From: Raillietiella orientalis
Lineage: Eukaryota
DNA: 64,000 nt
Assembly (NCBI GenBank): GCA_036172245.1
Contig: JAYWIR010000039.1
Location: 682,001 to 746,000 of the forward strand
Direction: 5' to 3'
The notes beneath the pieces were generated by a model. It had not been told where the DNA came from and ran no database searches. It saw only the letters and a program-made list of their open reading frames with translations. The position numbers and the translations under genes were made by a program. Below, piece after piece: positions 36,668 through 49,208 of the stretch (its first letter is position 1; each line of letters begins with the position of its first letter).

Positions 36668-37900
36668 GTTCAGGAGAGAAGAAGGACACGGGTTACAGGA
36701 AGCTTCAGCTCACGAAACTTCGAAAGGTCATCGGTGTGTGCACGCTGCTCGTTGAGGATGCTCAGCCCCGAGATCATATCTATCAGGAATCTGTTCCAGC
36801 GCGGCATATCGGTTGGATCCATGGAATAATCGGCAATGAAGGGGCTCGTCAAGAAGTCTCAAATGACAGCTTCTTTGGTTTTTATTCAGAACTTCAACAT
36901 CGCTCATGGAAGAACCTTCGAAGGAAACGGCGTTGTCTGGGTTGCAGCTTCGAACGGCGCCACAGACGCGAGCAGCTAAATTTGGCTGCAGACGGGCCCG
37001 ACTTCGAACAAATAGTTGAGCAGCAGCAGATTGTCGAAACACAGAAACGGAGAGGACCATAGCAATGTGGTGTGCTGCCCACAGGAATTTCATTCTGCTA
37101 CTCAATGAGAGTTGACCACGAGCAGTTCAGGGATCGAGGGAAAGAAGAAGAAGAAGAAAATTGCTAAACATCGACTAAAATCATTTGTTTCTGAGCCCAG
37201 TCATTTGGGGGAAAAAAAAGGAAAGCACTCAAATGCAAATGAAAGAGCAGAGAAAAATCACACGGGAAAACCAATTAGCCGCCACTCTCGAGCTCATCAA
37301 AGACATATGTGCTTCGAGAAAATCTTTAGTTCCAGGAGGATCGAAAGGAAAAAATAAAACAAAATAGCTTGTACAATATGAATAACTAGTCAGAGACACA
37401 TCTACAGTTGTAGATTTGTAGGTAAAAAATCACTCAAGGAAGAAAAAAAAAACAACCTCTGACTTTTTATTTCGATACTTAATTTTTGACCTATTCTTTG
37501 CTCCTCGGTGAGATTCCATCCGATTTGTCACCTATAAGCAAGGAAACATCCGGAAGTCCCGCCGCAGGATATCTAAGTGATCAGTGGTGCAATACTTCAA
37601 AAGTACGGATCCGATATTTCAAAAATATTCTGATACGAGAAATTTTGAGCACGTAGATGTTTTGAGACGTAAGCCTTTAAAAGAACAAGCAGAAGCTAAC
37701 GAAAACAAGACGAAGTATTCCGATATTGGTTCCGTGACACGAATTCCCTTCGCAGAGAATCCTGATGGAATCGTGTGTGGATGCCATCATAATGGCGGCT
37801 TTCTTCAGATTAAGTGGAAGTAACGGCAAAAGCAGAGAAGCAAACGCTTGCACATATGCGATTGGGAATAGGAACCATGTTGATTATTCTTCAGAAGGAT
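36668..37900 (+). mobile_element. Decayed hAT-superfamily transposase (ZNF862/ZMYM-like branch)
   Basis: DSFFGFYSEL, LAADGP (cf. the DGA catalytic motif) and TIAMWCAAHR (CxxH motif) occur in the correct order. Weak dimerisation-domain-like residues at about 37700-37900. Confidence 0.55.
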
Positions 37901-38478
37901 CCCATGCAACACTCGAAATGGTGCTTCCCACGCAGAGGTAGTTCCTATTTGTGAGCGTGGTGAAAATCTTGCAATCCAGCTCGGTGATTTCCATGCTCAC
38001 ATAGCATCGCAGGGAGGAACAACAGCATATCAAGGGCTTAGCCCGATTCGCTTACATGGATGAACCACTCTACACAGTCAGGGTCACAAGTGAGTCCAAC
38101 TATAACTTTTGAAGTGAGAGTGTTCATGAAAAGGGAAATTTCAAGACGTGAAGATCATTACAAATTTGTAAAGCTGATTAGCTGCGGAGTTACGAAAATT
38201 GGAATGTTACTAAACGTAAGGCTCTTTAGGAAGTTTCGATTTTACCATGAAGCCGTAATTTATTATTGCAGGAAACGAATAATCTCGATTTGCTAACAGT
38301 CATCATGTACTGATAATTATTGCATTTCCGTGCAAGAGCACGGAAGCAAATAACTGCAATCGTTTTAGACAGCGGGAGACTTTGTTTACGAATCCTGTCA
38401 TGAGCGTCGAACTATGTCATTCCTCGAGTTATTTTCATTCATCGTGAAAATGCGGTGCCACAACTGAGCTGCAGATGA

Positions 38479-38614
38479 AGCGCAACAATCGAGCCCTGGA
38501 TGGAGAGCAACAATCGAACCCACGGAGCAGCGCAACAATCGAACCCACGGAGCAGCGCAACAATCGAGCCCTGGATGCAGCGCAACAATCGAGCCCTGGA
38601 TGCAGCGCAACAAT
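38479..38614. repeat. 25-bp minisatellite, 5.4 copies
   Basis: GCAACAATCG starts at 38482, 38507, 38532, 38557 and 38582, with a partial at 38607. Two unit variants occur in the order A,B,B,A,A. Confidence 0.97.
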
Positions 38615-39816
38615 GACTTTGAAAGCCAAGTATGGTCGATAGCCATCCTTTGATTACGTGAATGCGCAAGAGTGATGCCACATGTACGTTTGGCACTCAT
38701 TCATAATAGTCAGGAGTAATAGCGTGTCCCTCCCACGAGCAGCAATAATTCTTTGCTTTTCCACCATCCCCGCTCGCTCAGGAGGCAGTGGGAAACTGCT
38801 CTATACGTGCGGCAGCTCATTTTTTTTTTTTTTTTTTCTCCACGAGAAATCTGGCGATCCTTTTTCATCTCGTCGAGGGAGCCGAAACACGTTAGGACAG
38901 GATTGCCCCCTTCGCGAAAATAGATCGGAAGCCAAGGGGTTCCGGAGGTCGGCTCCGCTGAGACAATCTGCATGCGGTGGGTCTGCTGCGTGCTGGGAAG
39001 CACTTTGTGCTCGCGAGCGCTGCTGATGTTCGTGCGATGACCAGAAAGATCACCCTGGGCGCGCAATCGCGGATGAACCTCGGACAAGTGCCCCTGCTCG
39101 GGTGGTCCGCAGGAACCTCGCTTGCCGCTCCTCTGTAAGGTCGGAGTTCCCGTCCCATCCCTCGCGGAAGGGGAACTGCCCTCTTCGGAGCATCCGCAAT
39201 CGCCGCCTCTCTCACGCGTGTCTGTAGCGCCCCTCGTTCGCATCTCTGGTGCGGGCATTGCCAAGGAAGTGGATGTCTAAGCCTCTGAGGGTCGAGACAG
39301 AAGAGGAACCGGCCGCGTTCTGCCCTGCTCTGAAGTAGGAGACTAGGGAAGGGCTGCGTGACCGACCCGAGGGAGAAATAAGAAGCAGTAGGGTAGGTTC
39401 CGCTGACCTGCTCGCGCGGAGCACGCCTCTTCGGACCCAGCGAGCCTTCCGAGACCTCCAGTTCAACGCGGCATCCTCCTTGCACGGAAGATCGCCGCCT
39501 CCGAAGCCGCCGCCGAAGAGCCACACTCCGATTCGTGGAGACTCGGTGGGCTGATGGCCCGCTTTTCTTGCCTCGTTCCTCCTCCTCCGGTTCCAATGCC
39601 CGTGACTCAACTCCAGCGTCGACTTCTGCACAGCTGGAAGGAGGAGGAAGGAGGAGGCGCCGTCTGCTGCCCCTCTACCTCACGGGTTCCCATCCGGGAG
39701 TGCACGGAGGTAACCCGGATCGGAGAGAGGGCGCCTCCTGCGGGGCGTTTCGAAAGCGAAAGTGACGGTCGCTCTGCTCCAGCATGAGAGGAGGGACCTT
39801 CGCCTCTGCTCGGGAC

Positions 39817-39824
39817 TATAAATA
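39817..39824 (+). promoter_or_regulatory. TATA-box-like motif
   Basis: TATAAATA is isolated in GC-rich context. No gene could be linked to it. Confidence 0.2.
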
Positions 39825-40067
39825 TCTGCTCGCTCCCTGCGCAACGGGAACGGTGCGCTCGCTCCAGTGATTGATCTCCCTGGAAGAGCAGCACTAGAGA
39901 GGAGAGGGGGGGAACGATAAGGCAGCTGAGGGGAATGAAAGAGGAGGGGAAGAGCTCTCGTGATCGTGCGAGCTCATCCGCCCTCCTGATCCGAAAAGGA
40001 AAATGAAGGAGGGAGAAGGATGAGGAAGGCGGGAAGAAAGGAGGGAAGGAGAGATACTCGCTCTCAT

Positions 40068-40509
40068 CGCAGTCTCCTGACGACCACATCTTCCTGTGGT
40101 CAGTTGCACCTGCGGCACTCTGAGCTCCACACCGCTTTCGCTCAGGAGAATGCGTGGAACTGTATGGGGCATCGAGGAAGAGGAGGAGGAGGAGGAGGAG
40201 GAGGGAGGGAGGGAGGGAGGAGGCTTTGGTCACGGGATGAAGGAGAGAAAGTTCCCTGGACAAATACAGACACCGTTCGAGTTCAAGCGCGCCTCCCGGA
40301 ATCTCCCGGTCCGACCTCAGAGACATCCTGCCTAATCCTTCAAGAGGCAGCGCCTCTTCGGGGTGGGCAAGCGTCCACTTCCTGTCTATTTGCTTACCTT
40401 ACCCGGTGCCGAAGACAGTTCCACGCATTCCCCTGAGCGAAAGCGGCGTGACGCTCGTGCTGCCTCGGGCGAAGCTGACCATGGGAAGATTCGGTCGCCA
40501 GACGACCGC
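40068..40509. repeat. Diverged inverted repeat, about 95-bp arms (40068-40163 and 40415-40509)
   Basis: ACAGTTCCACGCATTC(C/T)CCTGAGCGAAAGCGG is shared in opposite orientation. Both arms translate to AFAQ(E/G)NAWNC. Confidence 0.85.
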
Positions 40510-42800
40510 TGTGTAGAGGATCGCTGCTCACGAGAATGATGAGCAAATGGTGCTGCTCCTTCGAAAGATGGCAGATGCTTCCTGCTTAAACTTCTGGCTT
40601 GTGGTTGGGGAGTCTTGGGCAGGGGCAGGGGCGCTTTGATTCTGGAACGAGGACGCGAGAGAGCAGTAGCGTTCTGGAGTGGCAGGCCGATTGCAAGAAG
40701 GTTCCTGGAGTCACATACTTTTCAGGGGTTCAGGCAGCTAATGATGGAGTTGTTGAGGTGATGAGAGTAGCCGATGGAGGACAGTCACCGTCTGCTGCCT
40801 GAGTTATCGGAAGCCACTGCAATACCCACTCCGGTGGCAGCTCTGGCTCATTATCTTGTTTTGGGAGTTCTTCGACCGCCGAACTCGATGACCTTGGCGT
40901 GCTTGGTGGACGAGTGGTTCATGTTGGGGCGGTGAACAAACCATGTGTACAGCCTATGGCTCTGAGTTTGCAGCGAAGAAGACAGCCCGAGGCCCGTCAG
41001 GAGAGGTATTTTCGGAACAGGGATTGAAGACTAGGTCGCATCCCCCCCTCCTCCCACTGAAATCTGAAATCATAAATGATTTTGTGGTGGTTCATGAGTG
41101 CGAGGGAGAGCAGATCTAGTGTTTCTTAGACAGGGTGCTGAGAGTTATTTTTAGAATGTAGCATTATGGGGTTCTTCCCAAGAAAACTCTGCTCGATCGA
41201 TCGGCCACGATGCTGGCGGCAACAGCAGCAGCAGCCTTGGTAATCCATTGGCGGCGGAACGGCAAGTGGAAGGGGGACAATTAGGAATCATCGCGGAAGT
41301 CGGAAGAGCCCGATGTTGTCCGAACCAAGGGCAGAGTCTTCATAATATGGAAGTCTGCTACACGCGGTGACCTTGCGGTCTGCCGTGCAAGTGGGGCGGA
41401 GTTTGCCTGGGGAGCACCTCTGGCTTCTGACAGGTAAGGCTCCGACCTTGCCCCAGGCCGTGGGCTCGGAAGATCGTCTCGAATATCGCTTCCCACGTCC
41501 GGCTGCAGGTAGCTCGACAATGGCTGTGGGCCCGCCAGCGGACTCTGCAGAAAAGGTACCCGGGTACCCGACATCCGTGACGAATAACCGATGGTCGTTG
41601 CGGGTTCTCCGTGGGTGTGGCGCAGGGGGGATGCGGGGGTGAGGTCGGATGATCCCACTCCGCTTGTGGTTCCGAACTTTTCGGATGGGTGCAAGGGATG
41701 GGTCGCCCTCAGGGTCTACGGCAATGGCTGGTTGTGGGAAGGCACGCCATTGGCGGTTGGGTGGCCATCAAGAGGATGAAGGACTGGGCGAAAGAGGGGC
41801 AGTGAGGGGTGTGATTCGTGGATTTAGGGGTGCGGTTGGGGTTCAAGATTCCTGTGAGGATCGGCAGGGGATCGAATGGGGATCGATCCGCATCCGCAGA
41901 AAGGCGGGCGGGGTCTCGGGCCTTCGAGTGTAGCGGTCGTCTGCTAGCAGCAGTGACCTGACCTGCTCGGCGCGAGTTCACGTCGGACAACGTCGCAGCC
42001 GCAGCCGTCAGGTCTCAGCGAGGGGGTGAAGACCCGAGATCGGCGACAGTGACCTCTCAGGCAGTGTTCGATAGCCCCGGGAGGTGGTGCGCGATCGCCT
42101 CGCTCTGGGAGAGGAAGAAGTGCCGGGGGTGGACCGATTCCCGCCATCCCAAGGGGCACATTGGTCTCCGGGAGAGCCGCACAAGGAGCGGATGGCCTAC
42201 TTGTGGTCAGAAGGGAACTCTGCGCCCTCAGGGCGAGCGCCTGCGAATGCCGACAGAGGACCTCGATGGAACGGGGGACTTTCGCCATCGGAGCCCATGC
42301 AGACCGTTCAGCGAGCATGGAAGCTCTTTGTTGTTTTCCTCGTCCCCCTACTTATGCAAAGCCAAGAAGGAGGAAAGGTCTCGCCAGTCCCCCTCCTCCT
42401 TCCCCTCCCCCTCGCTCACGTATTGGAAAGGCCCTGGGAGGGAAGGACGGCAACCTTCCTTAGTGGAAGAGACACGCGGTCGCTCACTCTGGTTCTTCCT
42501 AGTCTTCCCTTCCCAGGTCATTTTGCTTCTCCCTCTCGAGAGTACTCTCCAGATGTCCCTCAGTCAGCAGCGTTGCCTGGTACCAGGCGGACCAGAGGGC
42601 GTGAAGAGAAGAGGCACCCACTTGAGGCATGGAAATACGCAGCTCCACCCCTTCCAGACGAATCCCTTCCGATACGCGCATCACGAGTGGCAGGGGGGCA
42701 AGTTGGGAGCGTCGCTCTCCTGGGATCTACGGTCCGGAAGTGCAGCGCCCTCCGATACCGCGGTAAGTTCTCCGATACTGCGGTGAGTTCTCCAGCCAGT
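40250..42800 (-). mobile_element. Possible decayed N-terminal part of a NeSL/Utopia-like retrotransposon
   Basis: C2H2-like remnants (LRISMPQVG...GHLE; CPLG...FLSQSEAIAHH), Pro/Ser-rich linkers and a pre-RT-like AFAQGNAWNCLRH. Many stops. Confidence 0.28.
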
Positions 42801-42987
42801 CCCTCCGAACGGGAATGGGAGGAAAGGTGAGGGACGCCTTCGACCCTCTCCCATCCTACCTGTTCGTTCTCATCCCTTTCCTACCCCTTCTCCCCTTCCA
42901 TTTCCTCATCCTCTCTCCTTCCCCAACTCCTCCGCCTAACCTGCAGCTTGAACTGGCAGTCGCAGCTCCCAAAATTCTCGGTCCTCG

Positions 42988-43256
42988 AACAGAAAGGAGG
43001 AAACAGAAGGAAGAGGGGAGGAAGAGGAAGAGGGAAGGAGGAGGAGAAGGAGGAGGAAGGGAAGGAGAGGAGGAGAAGGGAAAAGGAGGAAGGAAGACGG
43101 AAGGAAAGAAGAGAAAGAGGAAAGGAGAAAGGAGGGAGGAGGAAGAAGAGGAAAGGAAGAAGAAATTGCGGGCGAGAAGGAGAGGAGGAGGAAAGGAAGA
43201 AGAGGAAGAGAAAGGGAGGAGGAAGAGGGAAGGATAAGGAACAGGAGGAAGGGAGT
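42988..43256. repeat. Polypurine (GA-rich) low-complexity tract
   Basis: About 270 nt almost exclusively A/G, preceded by a C/T-rich tract at 42843-42940. Confidence 0.9.
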
Positions 43257-45065
43257 AGCTGTGGAACGGCCACCGCATGGCCGCATCGGAAGTAGTCTAT
43301 CGTTCACGTGACCTGGGAGCGGTTTAGATACTGAGAGGGTGGTGGTGACCTCAGAGAGGACCGGCCTGCGCTGCGCCGGATGGCTATGGTCGCCCAGGAA
43401 GGTTCGAAAACTTCCCTAGCCAGAACCAGTGGGCTACGCCCACCCTCAACCTTCAAATCCTTCCACCGCTGACCCCGTCCGTCCCTGTGAGCTCTTTCCC
43501 TCATCCTTTTCCATCCGATCCAGCAACCCCTCCCCAACTGTTTCGATCTTCTCCAAGAGCGCCAAAACCTTCGAATGGTCCCAGCAGTCGACCTCCAAAC
43601 GTAGTCGCCTGAACGTGGCTCCAGCAACCCTGCTGTGGCACAAAGGCCAACAGGATCCTAGGGTGCCGGATGTCCGCCTTCTCGAGATCATCGGCGTTCC
43701 CTCCTGGGAGAGGGTCTTCCCATCTAGAAAGGGGAACGAGGGTCCTATGGAAGACCCCTTGTGGGCGGCCCCGCTATCGGTCTGGACGCTCTTCCTGAGC
43801 ACGCCTGTTGCCCTGCAAGGGACCTCCCTTCCCCGCTTATCCTCCCAGCGCGGCAGTCTCTGTGGGTGGCTTCTGCCTCCTGTGACCTCCTCCTCTCCGG
43901 AGACTGCTCGGCGATGCTAGAAGCCGCTGCACTCCTCCGGAAGAGGCGAGGCTGCTTTTCTCGGAAGGGAGGAGGAAAGGTGAGAAGGGCGAGGATGTGC
44001 TTCTAGGGAGTGGCAGCCCAGGAGGCTGGGAGTTTCCATCGCCGCGGAGTAGGACCATAAAAGGGCGAGCGTGACGACGTCGAGGGATCAATAAATGCGC
44101 CTCGGGACCAATGAGGCGCCATTCACCGATCCCGTTCGTCTGGGGCATCATCCATCTGAGTGGGCAGGATATGCTTTGCATACGGAAGCGCCCCCATTAG
44201 GAAGAGCTCTACTGAGGGGAGGAGATCTAGCCTTCCTAGATCTACGGGAGATGCACCACGAAACGGCTTAACGACCTCCGCGCTACCGCGCTGGAGTCCC
44301 TTGGGATAGGAGGCCGACGAACCCAGCAGTCCCGTTTGCCCTCGTGGCTTTCCCTTTCCCGACGAGTCCGCCGGTCTTGCCGGGAGACAGGGGTTTCTGA
44401 GGCGAAGGTACCACAAAACTCGGAGGGTAGGGATGCCGGAGGCGACAGAAATAAGGGGAGCGACGGAAGCTGAGGGCGCGTTCCTTACTCCTGGACAGCG
44501 GCGCCAATAGCACACGGAGGACCACTCGCCGCCGCTCGGGCAATGAGGACCCGTCCTTGGCCGGTTGGCGCCGGAGCGGGTCCGCCGGAGCGTCCACGCC
44601 AGACGCGGCGCCGTTTACCCGAGTCTGCGAAGCCGCCACGCGATCCATCAATACCCTTCCACTAATCCTCGTTCCCTAATCCCGTAGAGACAAGTACAGG
44701 AGAGGAGTAGGAGGAAACAGAGAGGGAAGAAAGAAGAGGAAGAGGATGAGGAGGAACGGCTAAGGAAAAATCCGGGAGCAGAAACCGAAGAGGTGGTGAA
44801 GAGTCGATGGGGAAGAAGAGGAATGGATTAGGGAGGGAGACAAAGATGATGAGCTGAAATGACCTCCCACGTGTCATCTCCGTAGTCATCCTACAAAAAG
44901 CAAACGATCCATCGTCAGCATCAGCGTCAGTCGATGGAGCGCAGCCTGCAGGGAGGCAGAGTCTCATCAGATGTGTGCCAGCTAGAAAGAAGAAGAAAAA
45001 TGGCGATGCGAGGCAAATTGAGTTTTCCTTTCGCAAGCCTTTGCGAGTTGTCGCGCGCGACCCCA

Positions 45066-46034
45066 TCATTGGGAGACTGCCGAATGACGGAGGCGAAAGT
45101 CGCCTCGGCCTTCTCTTCCGCTGTCCCCAGCACATCTCTGCTGCGCCCTCGAGGCCCTACGGAGGGCTGTTCTCCATGGAAGTGCGGACTGGACGAGTTC
45201 CCGAATCCCTTTTCTTCCGTCTCCTTGCTCCCAACTTGCTCTTTCTCGATTGGGGCGGAAGTTGAAGCATCGAGGAGCCCGGCGATGTCTGCATCCGGCA
45301 CCTGGATGATACGGGTTCACCTCGGCAGCTGCGGCGCTGCTTGGCCTTCGCGAAGACCGTAGGAGCTGCCAGCTATGGTTGGATGGACCCGCCGACGAAG
45401 ATGGCGCTGGCGGAGATAGGAAGGGGAGTGGGCATGGGACAGGGGGGAAAGGCAGGGGTGACACTCTGAAGTTTTCAGCTGTCACCACAGCTTCGGCGTA
45501 CGTCTTTGTAGTCGCGGCACTCGCAGCAGGAGGAGGCAACATACCTCGCGAAAGACCAAATAGAAAGAATCCGGTGTCCACGGGAAAGATGAAGGCGCCA
45601 CAGGCAAAAGTCTCTCTTTGAGAATTCCCGATGCCACCTATTGCCTTCTCGTCTTTTGTTTGTGCGAAGCTCTTCCCGCGCTTCCTACTACCGCTACCGG
45701 CGGTAGTCGGAAGCGCAGGTCGTTCCCTGCTCACTTGAAGGGCGGAGCTCCATGATGCGAAAACTAGAAGGCAAGACCCACGCAAAATACCTCCCGCTGG
45801 GCGTGGTTGCCCAGGCAGCGGCAGCACTCTTTTCCTTGCAGTCCTTCCAAGGAGAGGGAAACAGGAAGCATATCCTCCTGGGCGGGACTTCGAACCGATT
45901 TGTCCTTCCACTTGGCGCATAAGTTTCGGGGACTTTCCCGCGTTGTGAGTGGAGGGTGAGAAGTAGCAGAAAAAAGGCTGAGAAGGCAAAGAAGGCAAAG
46001 AAGGCATCTGTGCTGTCTCTGCATCATCAGTCAT
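45066..46034 (-). mobile_element. Possible retrotransposon ORF1-like N-terminus (decayed)
   Basis: KSFAQ and KTYAEAV motifs (SYAxA-type motifs are common in LINE ORF1 N-termini) in Pro/Ser-rich context. Confidence 0.22.
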
Positions 46035-48205
46035 TCGCGAGAAGACAATCTGGGAACCACGGTGGGCGTGAAGAGGTCAGAAAGTGCAAGTGCTGAATCA
46101 ACAGGGAAGCCCTTCCGCCCTTGAGATCAAGCGGAGCTGAAAGACCCCGTTGCTGGTGCTCTCGAAACCCCGAGGTCTCCGACGAGGACAACGACACGTG
46201 GAAGACGGGAGTCCCCTCCGGCTCTTTGAGCGAGCTCTTTGATGGCGCCCCCTGGCAGACACCTCACCACCTGCTGTTTCTCTGCTCCGAGGGAGAGGAG
46301 TCCCACTGCCAATGGTGGGTACGCCTGCCCCACCAGGTTTCCAGCGGCCCGCGCCGACGGAACTGGAGGACCTCTCTAACCCTCCCAGAGGATGACCCAT
46401 GATGTCTCTCCTGCAGCGACGCACATCTCAACAGGTCGGCTCCTCTGGAATAGACTGAAGGAGGAATCGGGGAGCAGAAATCGAAGGTGCTTCTGGAGTT
46501 GAGGAGGTGAAAGAGGTGCACGAGAGAAGAACCAAAAGAAACGTCTGAAGGAGTGGTAGGTCATGGCCGACGGCACCGTTCATCATTTGCTGCTCAGAAC
46601 TCTCACCGGCTGCGGAAGAGCAGTTTTCCTTCGTCTACCGAACTTCCCGCGGATCGCGGACGCGCATGCGGTGAGCTTTCCTCCTCCTGACGTTTCCCAC
46701 CCTGGACTTCCCCCTCGAGCTGGTCGCCCTCACCCACTTCTCGGCTTCCCATACCCCGTCCGACGCGCGGGAAGATGTGGGAAATTCCCGAGACGGGAGA
46801 CGAGGGGATCCCCTCCGCGCGTAGTAATCGTCCAAGGCTTCCACCCCCCGAGGTTCTCGGTTTGGAGGGCACCTGAGAGGCGATCGCATGCGCGGCCCGG
46901 TGCTGCTCGCCTCACAGAGGCCTTCCTGCGCTTCCCGGAAGCGATGGCACGGCTGCTGGCAGGTCGCGACCGACGGCGAGGAGTACGGGATGATGAGTCA
47001 GTCGTAGGACGCGGACCGCCTGGATAGGTATCGAACCCGATGCTTCCGGGATGAGGGAGTACTCTGGAGCCATGCTGAGCGCGGATGCGGCTCGCCGTTC
47101 TTCCGGTTTACTCCTCCTCCCGCTGGCAGGAATGCTCTCCCCATCCTCCTCCCCTTCTTTCTGTTCCTTCCTCCTTGTCCTTCCCTGGTCGTCCTCTTTT
47201 TTTATTCCTCCTCCGTCACCGTGCCAGGGTAGCTCGGTCATGGGACGTCCGCGCGTTATCCGATGCGGGCGGCGCCCTGTGGCTTTCCCGCCTTCCCCCC
47301 CTCCTCTTCCCTCCCCTTTCCTCCTCCCCTTCGGATTCCCGACTGCGCAACTCCAAAGAAATCGGGCGTGCACCATGCGGCGCATCGCGGAAGTCATAGC
47401 GCGACGCCTCGCTGCTCCGCGACGGGCGCGCGCGCGCGCATCCCCGGTTGCCACGGCGGAGGCGTCGTCGTCCGGGAGCTCTGCTGTCTGAGCCGCCGCC
47501 GCGTCCTCCTCGGGGCGCCGCTCCCGGCCGCCTCCGCGCCTCCCCCTTCCCCGGGAACGAGGGCAGGGGCGGCGCTCGCGAAGGGGGAGCAACTGGGTCA
47601 GGCGCGCGCGCGCGCCGTTCCCCTCCCTGACCCATCTGGCGGCGCGGGAATGTAGGTTGCCGCCGCTACGGCTGCGTGGGGACGGCGGCAGCGAGCGGGC
47701 TTCTCGACCCAGTTCCCTCGTTTCCTCCTCGCCGCTCGGGACGCGACGGCTGCTCCAGGGAAAGCCCGCGGCCGCCCCGCCGCTGCCAGGCGACGGGGCC
47801 GCCCGCCTTACGGCGGCGCACGTAAGTCTGGCGCGCGCGCGCGCGTGCGCCCGGCCGGCCGGCGGGGGTGGGCGGACGGGTGGGCGCAAGCGCGCCCACC
47901 CTTGCCGGCTGACCCACATCGCACGGGAGCGGTGAAAGTGACCGCTGCCGCGACCTCGTTCGCCGAAGGGCCTTTCCCTCAGGGGCCCGCTGTCCCTGCT
48001 ATAAGAGTCTCCGGGGAACGCGGGCGCGCGCCCAGTGCTGCCGTCTGCGCGACTGCTGCCCCATCCTCACCCCTTGGGGCTGCAGGGGGGGGGGAAGGAA
48101 GAGCCCTTCCTACCCTTTCATCTCCTCCCCCGCGACCCATCACTTTCCACCCTTCCCTCCGTCTCCACCGCCGCCCTCCAGGCCCGGGAGGAGCTGCCGG
48201 CTGCC

Positions 48206-48229
48206 ATGGGAACGCGCGAGCCTTCTGAG
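48206..48229 (+). CDS. Candidate first coding exon (MGTREPSE)
   Basis: Strong Kozak context GCTGCCATGG and a consensus donor GAG|GTGAGT after 8 codons. Phase 0, compatible with the exon at 49997. Confidence 0.35.
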
Positions 48230-49077
48230 GTGAGTGATGCTGCCTCCGTCGTGCTTCCCGCCCTTCCCCGCCTCGTGTTCCCGCGGCAGCCTGCAAGGCG
48301 GGGGGCCGCAAGCGGGCGAGCAGGAGAGGGGCGGGAAAGGTGTGGATCCCTGATTGCCCTCTGTCCGCTCCGGGTCGGTTCGATCGGCGTTCCCAGACGC
48401 GCGCGTCGCCCCTTTCTCGGAGGAGGGCGGGCTCCGCAGGAGAGGGCGGAAGCGCTTCCTGGAGGAAGCCGACCGTCTTCCGGGAAACGAAAGGGAGAGC
48501 CTCCGGGCGGAACAGGGGCAAGTCGGCTCCGCGAGAGGAGGCGCTTTTCCGCCTCCCGTAGGCGTCGGCGGCGACGACGGGGGTCACCAAGGCTCGCAAG
48601 GGTACGATAGGCGGGAAGCGCTGAGCCTCCGCTGCACGTTCGAAGGGCGAGGTACGAAGGGACGCTCCCGGGATCCTTCGTTCTTCCTCCTCCTCCTCCT
48701 CCTCCTCTTGCCTGCCAGCAGCACCTCCTCCTTCCGTTCCCGTTCCCGTAGGTCCCTGCAGGAGGAGGAGGAAGGGCAGGGGGGGGCCCTCCGGCCCGAA
48801 AGGTTCAGCGGCGTTCTCTGCGCCTCGCCTTCTACTTCAGCCGTCTCACTTCCGATCTTTTCTTTCTAGCTTGGATGAGTGGCCGCCCAGTCTATGCTGC
48901 GCTGACCTCCCCCGGGGTTATTCCAAAGGGCCGCTGAGTGACGCCGAGGGCGCGAGATGCGGCTGGGACCATGAGCGTGGTGCTCCTGGCGCCAGTGTTC
49001 CAGAAGAGCTCTCCCTCAATCCCTTCCCGCTCCCGTCTTCCCCGCCCGTGCGCCCTCCCCCTCCCCCTCCCCGACAG

Positions 49078-49208
49078 ACTCCACGCAGAAGAAAGACGCC
49101 CGGATTGCGTGGCGCCCCGGCGACCCCTTCGCGAACCAGCGGCTCCCTCGAACGAGGATTTTTCCGTATAAGGAAGGCAATGCTCCAGAAGAAGTCCCTA
49201 AACTGAAG
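49078..49208 (+). CDS. Candidate internal exon (STQKKDARIAWRPGDPFANQRLPRTRIFPYKEGNAPEEVPKLK)
   Basis: Pyrimidine tract plus CAG acceptor, one open frame, AAG|GTAACG donor. Its entry phase does not match the 48206 exon. Confidence 0.2.

Noticed and set aside
38479..38614. CRISPR-like array
   Set aside because: Eukaryotic context, 25-bp period, 9-nt linkers with only two variants and no cas genes.
42815..43307. Lys/Glu/Arg-rich or Leu/Phe/Ser-rich ORFs
   Set aside because: They are translations of a polypurine low-complexity tract.
46912..47919. 335-aa minus-strand ORF as a divergent gene
   Set aside because: CpG-island composition, R/G/A-rich, with no domain or convincing splice structure.
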